From: Paraphysomonas bandaiensis
Taxonomy: Eukaryota > Protista > Chrysophyceae
Length of the DNA stretch: 64,000 bases
Direction: 5' to 3'
Assembly (NCBI GenBank): GCA_965644295.1
Contig: CBFFRP010000186.1
Span: 62,001 to 126,000 of the forward strand
Shown here piece after piece: positions 48,536 to 61,075 of this stretch; position 1 is the first letter of the stretch, and the number at the start of each line of letters is the position of its first letter. The notes under the pieces are model-generated. The model worked only from the letters and a program-made list of their open reading frames with translations. It was not told the origin of the DNA and made no database searches. The position numbers and the translations under genes are program-made.

Positions 48536-48594
48536 CTTATAATTGCCGGGAACTTGACTACCATTAATGGGCCATTAATGATTACCAGGCCCTG
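48536..48594 (-). mobile_element. hAT-like end, same family as 32705-32820
   Basis: TTATAATTGCCGGGAACTTGACTACCATTAATGGGCCATTAATGATTACCAGGCCCTG. Confidence 0.6.
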
Positions 48595-49014
48595 TGGCAT
48601 TGTGAGTATGCTTGTTGCACCTATACGATGTCCTACGTTTTTAGTGTTATGACTTTCATTGTATCTGTATATAGGTAGTATTGCTTGAGCGTTTCGTAAG
48701 TCATATACCATACTGTTGTAAGTAGATGGTGCTGAAAATACTAATGGTGCTGAATGTCATTACAACTCATGGCGAGCTTGTGAAGCGTAAGCCTCAAATT
48801 TCAAACACAATATAACGTGAAAAACATGATTAATGGATAATGGAGATGTATTCTCTCACATCGTGGTTTAATGTTTTATAGAATACAATACTTTGGTGTC
48901 TCACGAGAAAAGATTATAGCCACTTCTCATATTACATCTCACGTCGCAACAACGTTGTGATCAAAAGACAGGTATTCTATGTTGAGTAGACTAAATAGCT
49001 TCAAGTTGCAACAG

Positions 49015-52000
49015 CTACGCAAACCCAATCACCAAGAGTAGCAAGATGATAACGAATTCAATAGCAATGCATATGTACATGTAGCAACCCTGAGCTTTTC
49101 TCCTGACTTCTTCAGCATGTTTGGCCTCAGATGTGAGAGCATCAGTAGCATCATCAACATGCCCTAAACACCAACATGTTATACGGTATGACGTTGGCAT
49201 CTAGTGTACTACTAATCGCCATACCCTCTAAATTGTCAAGTAGTTTGATGTGAGTCTTTGTCTCCTCCCCAATTGTTGTAGCCTGTAAAAATGACAGTAA
49301 GTGGACATCTATCTCATTGCAGAATACAGACGGTGTATATGAGAAAACTACACACTCAAAGGCGCAACAGAATAGAAATAATATAACAGCAGAATTGATG
49401 GGAACGGTAAGCTTGGATAACTAAGCGTACCTGCCCATACAGTCTGTCGACTCCCTTCCCTATGTCTTGCAGCATATCGTCCTGCATCCTCATCACATCC
49501 TGTTGTCTCTGTACAAGACCTACAGAAGTCATCAAACGTAGCAATAACACGCTATTTATCGAAATATATATCTCCAATCTGCATACGCACATATACAGGA
49601 CGTATACGCATGATTGCTTATGTCTCGTTGGTACCTTTATCAGAGGTCTGTAACGGATTTGATGACATCTCCATTGGTGCTCCTCCGCTCTGTGAACTGC
49701 ACAAATTATACTTGTTATGCGTGTTTTTGTCAAAAACACTCTTATTCTACAACTACACTGCACACGATACGAAATAGCGTAAAACTCTTCACAGCAGTGG
49801 ACGACACAAAATACTTCAGCGATTGTGCCCGCTAATCACATCTCAATCTGGAGAGTGCTAACGAACACAATAGTCATATGTATAGCTATATCTATTGGCA
49901 CCTGGGAATCGCCACGTATGTCTGAAAAACACATATTATGAATAAATATCATTCGCGTCTTGGTATACTCACGAGTTGCTTCTGGAGGTTCTCGAGCAGA
50001 GTTTGTCTTCTAGCTACCTCTGATGCGGCGCTATAGGAAAAATTATAATCGACTTGAAATATACTCCATGTCATGTTTCAATAAGCATATTAGAGCAAGA
50101 ACATATAATTCATATCTATTCCACTCATCTCATACGTCATAAGAATATATCGCACCATCATCCTATATCAACACACATACAAATATGATTACATTATGTA
50201 CCAAATTACAAATACAATCAAGTAGAAAGTAAAAACACATATATTGCCGCACATCTCGCATATCCATAGTTTAGATTAAATAATCGTCCCATACATATCT
50301 ATATATCTATAGATATCCACTTCACTTAACGCTACTCATGAAACTACAATAACATCTCATACTCCATCAGATTATATACAACCATGATTCTCACACACAC
50401 CCCTTACATCTCATACTCCATCAGATCATACACAACCATGATACTCACACACACCCCTTACATCTCATATTCCATCAGATCATATACAACCATGATACTC
50501 ACACACACCCCTTACATCTCATACTCCATCAGATTATATACAACCATGATTCTCACACACACCCCTTACATCTCATACTCCATCAGATCATACACAACCA
50601 TGATACTCACACACACCCCTTACATCTCATACTCCATCAGATCATATACAACCATGATACTCATACACACCCCTTACATCTCATACTCCATCAGACCATA
50701 CACAACCATGATACTCACACACACCCCTTACATCTCATACTCCATCAGATCATACACAACCATGATACTCACACACACCCCTTACATCTCATACTCCATC
50801 AGACCATACACAACCATGATACTCACACACACCCCTTACATCTCATACTCCATCAGATTATACACAACCATGATACTCACACACACCCCTTACATCTCAT
50901 ACTCCATCAGATCATATACAACCATGATACTCATACACACCCCTTACATCTCATACTCCATCAGACCATACACAACCATGATACTCACACACACCCCTTA
51001 CATCTCATACTCCATCAGATCATATACAACCATGATACTCACACACACCCCTTACATCTCATACTCCATCAGATTATATACAACCATGATTCTCACACAC
51101 ACCCCTTACATCTCATACTCCATCAGATTATACACAACCATGATACTCACACACACCCCTTACATCTCATACTCCATCAGACCATACACAACCATTATAC
51201 TCACACACACCCCTTACATCTCATACTCCATCAGATCATACACAACCATGATACTCACACACACCCCTTACATCTCATACTCCATCAGACCATACACAAC
51301 CATGATACTCACACACACCCCTTACATCTCATACTCCATCAGATTATACACAACCATGATACTCACACACACCCCTTACATCTCATACTCCATCAGATCA
51401 TATACAACCATGATACTCACACACACCCCTTACATCTCATACTCCATCAGATTATACACAACCATGATACTCACACACACCCCTTACATCTCATACTCCA
51501 TCAGACCATACACAACCATGATACTCACACACACCCCTTACATCTCATACTCCATCAGATCATATACAACCATGATACTCACACACACCCCTTACATCTC
51601 ATACTCCATCAGATTATATACAACCATGATTCTCACACACACCCCTTACATCTCATACTCCATCAGATTATACACAACCATGATACTCACACACACCCCT
51701 TACATCTCATACTCCATCAGACCATACACAACCATTATACTCACACACACCCCTTACATCTCATACTCCATCAGACCATACACAACCATTATACTCACAC
51801 ACACCCCTTACATCTCATACTCCATCAGATCATACACAACCATGATACTCACACACACCCCTTACATCTCATACTCCATCAGACCATACACAACCATGAT
51901 ACTCACACACACCCCTTACATCTCATACTCCATCAGATCATATACAACCATGATACTCACACACACCCCTTACATCTCATACTCCATCAGATTATACACA

Positions 52001-52908
52001 ACCATGATACTCACACACACCCTTTACATCTCATACTCCATCAGATCATATACAACCATGATACTCATACACACCCCTTACATCTCATACTCCATTAGAT
52101 CATACACAACCATGATACTCACACACACCCCTTACATCTCATACTCCATCAGATCATATACAACCATGATACTCACACACACCCCTTACATCTCATACTC
52201 CATCAGATCATACACAACCATGATACTCATACACACCCCTTACATCTCATACTCCATCAGATCATATACAACCATGATACTCACACACACCCCTTACATC
52301 TCATACTCCATCAGATCATACACAACCATGATACTCATACACACCCCTTACATCTCATACTCCATCAGATCATACACAACCATGATACTCATACACACCC
52401 CTTACATCTCATACTCCATCAGATCATACACAACCATGATACTCACACACACCCCTTACATCTCATACTCCATCAGATCATACACAACCATGATACTCAT
52501 ACACACCCCTTACATCTCATACTCCATCAGATCATACACAACCATGATACTCACACACACCCCTTACATCTCATACTCCATCAGATCATACACAACCATG
52601 ATACTCACACACACCCCTTACATCTCATACTCCATCAGATCATACACAACCATGATACTCATACACACCCCTTACATCTCATACTCCATCAGATCATACA
52701 CAACCATGATACTCATACACACCCCTTACATCTCATACTCCATCAGATTGGATTGCATGATTTTTAGTTGGCTGGAGAGGGTCGCTATAGCTGATTTAAG
52801 AGCCCTTCCCTCTGAGTCAGAGAGACCGCTGCCGCCTCTACGACGCTGTTGGATCTGTCGACGACTGCTCTCATATAGCTGTAGCCATTCCCTTGCGGTG
52901 AAGGTCAT
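49015..52908 (-). CDS. Qc-SNARE (syntaxin-6/8-like), ~7 exons
   Basis: Manual splicing gives MTFTAREWL...LMEYE|IAASEVARRQTLLENLQKQL...GLVQRQQDVMRMQDDMLQDIGKGVDRLYGQ|ATTIGEETKTHIKLLDNLE|GHVDDATDALTSEAKHAEEV...CYMYICIAIEFVIILLLLVIGFA*: SNARE heptads plus C-terminal TM anchor, with consistent intron phases. Confidence 0.85.
50352..52748. repeat. 54-bp minisatellite, ~44 copies, in intron 1 of the SNARE gene
   Basis: Unit ACCATGATACTCACACACACCCCTTACATCTCATACTCCATCAGATCATACACA with a few variable positions. Confidence 0.98.
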
Positions 52909-53404
52909 GTTTGGTTAAGTGGTGTGTAGTTATGTGTATGGAATGGATTATATACACTCCTCTCGCTCATATATACACATACATATACACATATATGCCT
53001 TGTCTGCATATATATACATGCATACATACATACATACACATACCATGCCATGTTTGTGTGCACGCAACCCACATACAGACGTAGATATATTCCTACTGCT
53101 GCTCCTGCTGTACCATACACACATCTATACGTGAACTACAAAATACTGCCATATTTTTCGAAGAGTGACAGGAATTTCTAAAAATACTTTTAAAAAATAG
53201 GAAATATTCTAGAAATCAGGTTTTCAGCACCAAAAAAAGGGTATATTATATAGTGTATATTGAAAGTGCCGGGCTGCATATGCATGTTCTGTGTCTCTAT
53301 ATAAAGTATATGTATAACTCGTAGCATAACAACAAGAAGCAAGTCGATGTGGATGAGTGGGTTTGTTCTTTAGATAAAGCAGTATATCAACTAGAGTGGA
53401 TATA

Positions 53405-54909
53405 ATGTCCTCATATGATAAGACAGTGAAGAGCCGTTTGAGTTTTAAGGGAGTCAAAAAAACGAAGTAAGCATTTCATGTTCGCTTATGCGTATATGCA
53501 TATATATATGTATGTATGTATGTATATATGTATGTATGTATAGCTCTGTATGTTATGTATGGGAGGTCGTGTAGCATCTCACTCACTTCATTTATATTCA
53601 CTTATGCGTATATTCATATGCATATATATGTATGTACAGCTCTGTATGTATGTATGGGAGGTCGTGTAGCATCTCACTCACTTCATTTATATTCGCCTAT
53701 GCGTATATTCATATGCATATATATGTATGTACAGCTCTGTATGTATGTATGGGAGGTCGTGTATATATGTATATATGTGTTTATATTATATGGAGCTGTG
53801 CGTATATACATATCAGCATCTCTCTATCCATACATACCCTAACCAACCACTATCATACTATCAGAAAGAAGAGAAAAGCATCAGTATTAGAGGACCCTAT
53901 TCATGAAACCTCACAATCATCATCTACGGGACAGGAGGAGCAGCAGACCGATCAATCTGATGAGTTAGTTCTACATAACGGCACTGGGCGTATAACAAGT
54001 AGCGGTATGCTGCATACCCTCCTATAACCCTCATATATAACAGATTAGATACGCAGGTAATACAGTACAAGGAATAGATACAGAGTTTATGAAGGAACTA
54101 ACTGCGGGTGATGCTATCATCATATTCCATCCCTCATCTCTTATAGAGGAGACAAAGATCGTTCGTATGGTGCTCAGTAACTCTAGTATTGGCATTAGTT
54201 CAGCTTTCTCAACTGATCTTATTTCTACAACTCCATTTAAGTATACAGAGAATGATATACACTGTTATTAATCTTATAGTATTATTATAATTGTTTAGGT
54301 ATATTAAAGCCCCTAAAGAAGAGCCGGATGAAGGAGCAGAAGAGGCTGCAAGACAAGCCGTTAAGAACAAGAGAGACAGTGCAGAGCAATCAGTGAGTAT
54401 ATATACTATATGGTGTGCATAGCATGTGTATATCGAATGGGCATATAGCACATGTACGACACTAAAACTATACAAGCTATAGATCTATTTGATTTTAAGG
54501 ATGGCATATATTGTAATAGGTGCCATGTCTACTATATCAGTGTTTTAATATACAGCTCAACTGTCATGACAATCTCTTTCTTTAGGCTTTTGGGACATAC
54601 GCCTCCGAGGGGGGACAGAAGCTGGTATACAGGGTCAAGAAGCCAGGAGCTTTCGGTGGATACAAGATAGTTACTGAGGTATATTAAGAGTTCTGTGTAT
54701 CTGTTGTATTGCTCTATGTACGATACATTTTTTGTGCTATATATCGTGTTTGTACTGATGGCTCACTATGAGAACAGACTGTTGGTAAAATGAGTCGGGA
54801 GGATTTACTCAATCAAAGGGCTAAGAAGAAAGCGGATAGGTAACACCATTTTTTTCTTTACATCCAACAAAGTAGTGATATTTACTGTTTCATCAGATTG
54901 TGTTACTGA
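53405..54909 (+). CDS. Small multi-exon hypothetical protein
   Basis: Spliced: MSSYDKTVKSRLSFKGVKKTK|KKRKASV...GTGRITSSG|NTVQGIDTEFMKEL...TTPFK|YIKAPK...|AFGTYASEGGQKLVYRVKKPGAFGGYKIVTE|TVGKMSREDLLNQRAKKKADR|LCY*; GT-AG introns keep the frame. Confidence 0.75.
53480..53762 (+). repeat. ~98-bp tandem duplication (2-3 copies) in intron 1
   Basis: GCTCTGTATGT..TGTATGGGAGGTCGTGTA... occurs three times. Confidence 0.85.
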
Positions 54910-55808
54910 TATGCCCTGGAGCTGGAATCGAAGCTAGTTGTAAGCTGTGAGTATAGACAGACTTACTCACCGTGTATAACAGGAATGGCATATTGGTGTC
55001 TTATAACAATAATAATTTTCGATACCTTAATAACTATTAAGAGCTATTAAAATATTGCAGTATGTGGTAATCTGTGTATCGTGCAATATATGAGTTATTG
55101 TCTTTCAGTTAAAGAAAATATACCGATGATAGACAACGGATACATTTCTCTTCAGTATGTATGTGCAATACCAGTAAGCAGTAGGAGGATGGATTTTACT
55201 TCACTCTACTTCGCACATCGCCCGAATATATTATACGAAATTTTCACAAACGGCTATAATTCAAAACCTTCATAATAAAACTCTGGATTGCTTTCCAATA
55301 AGTGAATAGTGATTCATATCAAGTATCACGTACAATTTGAATATTACTAATACAACAGTTGAGACAGATATATATTTACGCTAGATGCTGTACAACCATG
55401 CGAAATTTTATTCTAGCATTCTTTTCTCAGTGTCTTTCTCATCTTCTTTTAATATCATACTCTTCTACACTTCAACAAATGATTGTTAGCTACTAATGTA
55501 TGGACCTCGTGCTTGTAAAAGGTGTTGAAATATACACAGAAAGGAATACGTCATTCATTTACTACATGTAAATACAATTGTGATTACGTATCTACTGTAT
55601 CTTAATTTCTACCTACATGAAGCGCTACCTGACTTCTCTGATACAAACACGAAAGTTGACACGTCACGACAACAGCCAAGTATACAAAGATATCTACCTA
55701 AGACCAATCATATCGACCAAATGCTAGATGCAGATAATCTCGATTGGCTACAACAATAAGGTATTCATTCCACATATAGATACTAAATTTATCATTTCCA
55801 TTGTGTGC

Positions 55809-56892
55809 TTACGAATTGAAGAACCCTCCCAAAACATTTCTCGATACCCCAGGGTGAGAGTGACCACCAGCTACTCTGGGATGTTTCGGCCCTCTCTTGT
55901 TACACTGCACGATGCGAAGTGGGGGTGATGTTGTCGGTCGTGCCCTAATATAGTCTGCATAGTGCTCTGGACTAGGGGCTTGCTTCGTGCGAACTTCATG
56001 GCCGAATTGAATTCTATTGCCAACACCCTATAAATTCACCAAACTTAAGCACTAAAGAAAAAAATCGTAGAAGACAAACATACTGTCGCATCACACATCA
56101 CTGCATAGCACATCACTGTAAGGCACATCACTGTAAGGCACATCACTGCATAGCACATCACTGCATAGCACATCACTGTAAGGCACATCACTGTAAGGCA
56201 CATCACTGCATAGCACATCACTGCATAGCACATCATTGTAAGGCACATCACTGCATAGCACATCACTGCATCACACATCACTGCATAGCACATCACTGTA
56301 AGGCACATCACTGTAAGGCACATCACTGCATAGCACATCACTGCATAGCACATCACTGTAAGGCACATCACTGTAAGGCACATCACTGCATAGCACATCA
56401 CTGCATAGCACATCATTGTAAGGCACATCACTGTAAGGCACATCACTGCATAGCACATCACTGCATAGCACATCATTGTAAGGCACATCACTGTAAGGCA
56501 CATCACTGCATAGCACATCACTGTAAGGCACATCATTGTAAGGCACATCACTGTATGACTGTATTATTCATCATACAGATCGTGGTCGTACTTTAGTGAC
56601 AGTAGCAGTCTCTTTCTCCACTGCAGCTGCTCTGGCCAAGTCCTCTTTAATGCTCTTATAGTAATACAGCTTCTCATGATATGTTAATATCTTTGTATTC
56701 TTCGTTGGAGATACCGGATCTGCCGTACAGGTGATATATAGTGGTATAATACAAGAGATATGTACCTATCGACTGCCTGTGCTTCGATACAGACGGGGTG
56801 ATAGATAGACTGTCATCAGAGGGGATGATTGTACGCTCTTCATATGATTCTTGCCATAATTGAGGACGAGGAAGATGATGAGAAGATTTCAT
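55809..56892 (-). CDS. FAP276/CFAP276-like microtubule inner protein candidate, 162 aa, 3 exons (56892-56766, 56719-56577, 56027-55809)
   Basis: Exon lengths 127+143+219 nt splice in frame through GT-AG introns; C-terminus HSHPGVSRNVLGGFFNS* resembles the H-x-G-Y-x-R-x-x-x-GGFF terminal motif recalled for FAP276/C1orf194. Confidence 0.65.
56093..56554. repeat. 15-bp intronic minisatellite with two main variants (CACATCACTGCATAG / CACATCACTGTAAGG), ~30 copies
   Basis: Directly visible; lies in intron 2 of the FAP276-like gene. Confidence 0.95.
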
Positions 56893-57149
56893 TGCATTGA
56901 TTGGAGAGATAATGACGTTAATGATTGTGAGATGTGATATAGTGAGAGGTTAGAGATGGAGTTACAGAGAGATGGAGTTGAGAAGTACGTGATGGGGTGG
57001 GCAGGTACGATGGTTACTATGATATGTGATGTATAGTGTACCTTGCGATGTGACCTTGTTGTATAGTAGTACAGAAGAGAGAAGTACAACATCCATACAC
57101 ACACCCCTACAACACCCATCACATGAAACGACTGTACTCGTATACTACC

Positions 57150-57726
57150 GTATGTATGTATGTATGTATGTATGTATGTATGTATGTATGTATGTATGTA
57201 TGTATGTATGTATGTATGTATGTATGTATGTATGTATGTGTATGTATGTATGTATGTATGTATGTATGTATGTATGTATGTATGTATGTCTGTATGTATG
57301 TATGTCTGTATGTATGTATGTATGTATGTATGTATGTATGTACAGTATGTATGTATGTATGTATGTATGTATGTATGTATGTATGTATGTATGTATGTAT
57401 GTATGTATGTATGTATGTATGTATGTATGTATGTATGTATGTATGTATGTATGTATGTATGTATGTATGTATGTATGTATGTATGTATGTATGTATGTAT
57501 GTATGTATGTATGTATGTATGTATGTATGTATGTATGTATGTATGTAGGTATGTATGTAGGTATGTAGGTATGTATGTATGTATGTATGTATGTATGTAT
57601 GTATGTACAGTATGTATGTATGTATGTATGTATGTATGTATGTATGTATGTATGTATGTATGTATGTATGTATGTATGTATGTATGTATGTATGTCTGTA
57701 TGTATGTATGTATGTATGTATGTATG

Positions 57727-57760
<34 letters not shown>

Positions 57761-58490
57761 TGTATGTATGTATGTATGTATGTATGTATGTGTATGTATG
57801 TATGTATGTATGTATGTATGTATGTATGTATGTATGTATGTATGTCTGTATGTATGTATGTCTGTATGTATGTATGTATGTATGTATGTATGTATGTACA
57901 GTATGTATGTATGTATGTATGTATGTATGTATGTATGTATGTATGTATGTATGTATGTATGTATGTATGTATGTATGTATGTATGTATGTATGTATGTAT
58001 GTATGTATGTATGTATGTATGTATGTATGTATGTATGTATGTATGTATGTATGTATGTATGTATGTATGTATGTATGTATGTATGTATGTATGTATGTAT
58101 GTAGGTATGTATGTAGGTATGTAGGTATGTATGTATGTATGTATGTATGTATGTATGTATGTACAGTATGTATGTATGTATGTATGTATGTATGTATGTA
58201 TGTATGTATGTATGTATGTATGTATGTATGTATGTATGTATGTATGTCTGTATGTATGTATGTATGTATGTATGTATGTATGTATGTATGTATGTATGTA
58301 TGTATGTATGTATGTATGTATGTATGTATGTATGTATGTATGTATGTATGTATGTATGTATGTATGTATGTATGTATGTATGTATGTATGTATGTATGTA
58401 TGTTTGTATGTATGTATGTATGTATGTATGTATGTATGTATGTATGTATGTAGGTAGGTAGGTAGGTAGGTAGGTAGGTAGGTAGGTATG
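57150..58490. repeat. 1.3-kb (TATG)n microsatellite ending in (TAGG)n
   Basis: Directly visible; interruption pattern recurs at a 556-bp offset. Confidence 0.98.
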
Positions 58491-58491
58491 T

Positions 58492-59070
58492 TGCCCCATT
58501 CTGAGAGCATACCCTTGTGAAGTATAACGTATAGATTATTAATAAAAATCTCAGCGTATTCTTTGTGTGTCGGCATCAAGAAAACTCTATAGCCTATATG
58601 AGATTACGAGAAACCCCGCGCATTCTAGGGGAGGGAGGGGGGGCGGCCAATGTCACACTGGACCTAAACTGAGTCATGCATGGTCACGAGAATCCCCGCG
58701 TAATCTTTGTTAGGTAATGATGGGAAGGTAGAAGGTACACATGGTCCTACTAGAATCTGCGCGAATTACATATATAAAAGTCATGCATAGTTATGAGAAA
58801 TCCCGTCTAGGACTATCCACCTATATACAGAGTATATATAACACACAAGAAGGACGGAAGGGAAGCCGGACGCTTGTGTCGCTTAGGCATTCTTCCTGGG
58901 CCAGAAGGGCCCTCCTATCGTAATAAAACATTCGTTTTATTACTCTTCCTTTCCACTCAGAGTTTATAAATATAATATAATAATTATCTTATATATAATA
59001 ATATTAATAATACTATACTTTAAATAATAATATTTTTAAGTTATCCACTTTATACACCCAAAAAGTAACA
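58492..59070 (+). mobile_element. LTR retrotransposon 3' end: internal tail, polypurine tract and ~420-bp LTR (58651-59070)
   Basis: PPT AGGGGAGGGAGGGGGGG precedes TGTCAC at 58651; TATA-like motifs and AATAAA inside; candidate end GTAACA at 59070; first ~275 bp repeated at 61915-62208. Confidence 0.65.
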
Positions 59071-59318
59071 CAGACAACAACATGGATAATATTTTAAAAG
59101 ATAATACATGTAGTGGACAAAGAATATGACTGGCTGTGAATGAATAAGTACCCAAAATGTTTCGACATTATTAATAGACAATTAAGGAGCGACGGCTACT
59201 TATTCTATATGAAAAAGGCTGCTGCTCCACACTTGTGTGTCAATATATTCGTTGATTTGCAGTAACGACTACTGAAGATTCAATATTGAAATCTCAAAAA
59301 TATCCGCTACAACAAAAG

Positions 59319-60824
59319 CTACGTAGTACGCCCTAGCATCAAATAAGTAACATTCTTAGGAGAAAAAAGCTTAGTATCACCGCGATTAGCACCATCCAAA
59401 CTGTCCATACCATCTTTACCATCAACACCATCCTTGCCATCCCTACCGTCAACACCATCCTTACCATCAACACCATCTTTACCATTCACACCATCCCTAC
59501 CGTCAACACCATCCCTACCATCCACACCATCTTTACCGTCCATGCCATCTTTACCATCAACTCCATCCTTACCATCAACACCATCGATACCATCCACACC
59601 ATCGATACCATCCACGCCATCGATACCATCAACACCATCCCTACCGTCAACACCATCCCTACCGTCAACACCATCCTTACCATCAACACCATCAACACCA
59701 TCAACACCATCGATACCATCAACACCATCCCTACCATACACACCATCCTTACCATCAACACCATCGATGCCATCCACACCATCCTTACCATCAACACCAT
59801 CGATACCATCCACGCCATCGATACCATCAACACCATCCCTACCGTCAACACCATCCTTACCATCAACACCATCCTTACCATCCACACCATCGATACCATC
59901 CACGCCATCGATACCATCAACACCATCCCTACCGTCAACACCATCCCTACCGTCAACACCATCCTTACCATCAACACCATCGATACCATCAACACCATCC
60001 CTACCATCCACACCATCCTTACCATCAACACCATCGATGCCATCCACACCATCCTTACCATCAACACCATCGATACCATCCTTACCATCCACGCCATCGA
60101 TACCATCAACACCATCCCTACCGTCAACACCATCCTTACCATCAACACCATCGATACCATCCCTACCATCAACACCATCCCTACCATCCACACCATCCCT
60201 ACCATCAACACCATCCCTACCGTCAACACCATCCTTACCATCAACACCATCCCTACCATCCACACCATCGATACCGTCAACACCATCCTTACCATCAACA
60301 CCATCCCTACCATCCACACCATCGATACCATCCCTACCGTCAACACCATCCTTACCATCTACACCATCCCTACCGTCAACACCATGCTTACCATCCACAC
60401 CATCCCTACCGTCGATACCATCAACACCATCCCTACCATCCTTACCATCTACACCATCCCTACCGTCGATACCATCCTTGCCATCTCCACCGTCTTGTCC
60501 TGGAGGCCCTTGAGGACCTGTCGACCCCCCCCCCAAGAATGACCTGGCGACATTAGACAGTAACGCCCCTGACAGGACCCCATTAAGGTACCCCCCAAAG
60601 TTAACCGCTACATTGAGATTGTCGATTTGAACAAAAGCATATTGAGTGATTTGATTAACAGTTTCTTGTACTGCTTCAGGGGCAGCCATACCAACACCAG
60701 CTGCAGCAGCTGCACCTGCACCAGCTGCTATCCCTCCTATATTAGCATTCTGAAGAAGAGATTGAAAAGCATTAGAAGCTGCATTTACTCTAACAGCTTG
60801 CACTACCACTTCTGCCATTGCCAT
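59319..60824 (-). CDS. Collagen-like protein with ~120 uninterrupted Gly-X-Y triplets, nearly all Gly-X-Asp, 501 aa, single exon
   Basis: GPQGPPGQDGGDGKDGIDGRDGVD...; unique Ala/Gly-rich N-terminal ~100 aa and short C-terminal tail. Confidence 0.8.
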   Translation of the reverse strand: MAMAEVVVQAVRVNAASNAFQSLLQNANIGGIAAGAGAAAAAGVGMAAPEAVQETVNQITQYAFVQIDNLNVAVNFGGYLNGVLSGALLSNVARSFLGGGSTGPQGPPGQDGGDGKDGIDGRDGVDGKDGRDGVDGIDGRDGVDGKHGVDGRDGVDGKDGVDGRDGIDGVDGRDGVDGKDGVDGIDGVDGRDGVDGKDGVDGRDGVDGRDGVDGRDGVDGRDGIDGVDGKDGVDGRDGVDGIDGVDGKDGIDGVDGKDGVDGIDGVDGKDGVDGRDGVDGIDGVDGKDGVDGRDGVDGRDGVDGIDGVDGIDGVDGKDGVDGKDGVDGRDGVDGIDGVDGIDGVDGKDGVDGIDGVDGKDGVYGRDGVDGIDGVDGVDGVDGKDGVDGRDGVDGRDGVDGIDGVDGIDGVDGIDGVDGKDGVDGKDGMDGKDGVDGRDGVDGRDGVNGKDGVDGKDGVDGRDGKDGVDGKDGMDSLDGANRGDTKLFSPKNVTYLMLGRTT

Positions 60825-60957
60825 GATTAAGTATACGACTATTTAGAATTAATTAGCTGTTCTATGAATGGAATAGTGACAATACCATGCATGGAATAGT
60901 GACAATGCTATACTGTATATCTGTACCTGCTATAGCCAGACTCGTATCCTAAATTAC

Positions 60958-61075
60958 TAGTGATGGTGGCCGAGCCGAATGGGGCCGAACTTAGGCCGGC
61001 TTGACTCCAAAACCCGGCCGGCCTAAAATATCCGACGCCCGGCTACGGCCTATATCGTATCGGCCACCATCACTA
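60958..61075. mobile_element. 118-bp hAT-like MITE
   Basis: 16-bp perfect TIR TAGTGATGGTGGCCGA; 8-bp TSD TAAATTAC at 60950-60957 and 61076-61083. Confidence 0.9.

Noticed and set aside
50352-52918. 844-aa plus-strand ORF, or a CRISPR-like array
   Set aside because: Pure 54-bp tandem repeat with no unique spacers and no cas genes; the ORF is a by-product of a stop-free unit antisense to a SNARE intron.
56889-58579. Long YIHT/MYVC ORFs here and at 34754-35364 and 43527-43782
   Set aside because: Translations of (TATG)n microsatellites, which lack stop codons.
59434-60513. PST-rich (+) and MVLMV (-) ORFs overlapping the collagen-like gene
   Set aside because: Alternative-frame shadows of the 9-bp repeat; only the Gly-X-Asp frame has unique N- and C-terminal sequence with a proper start.
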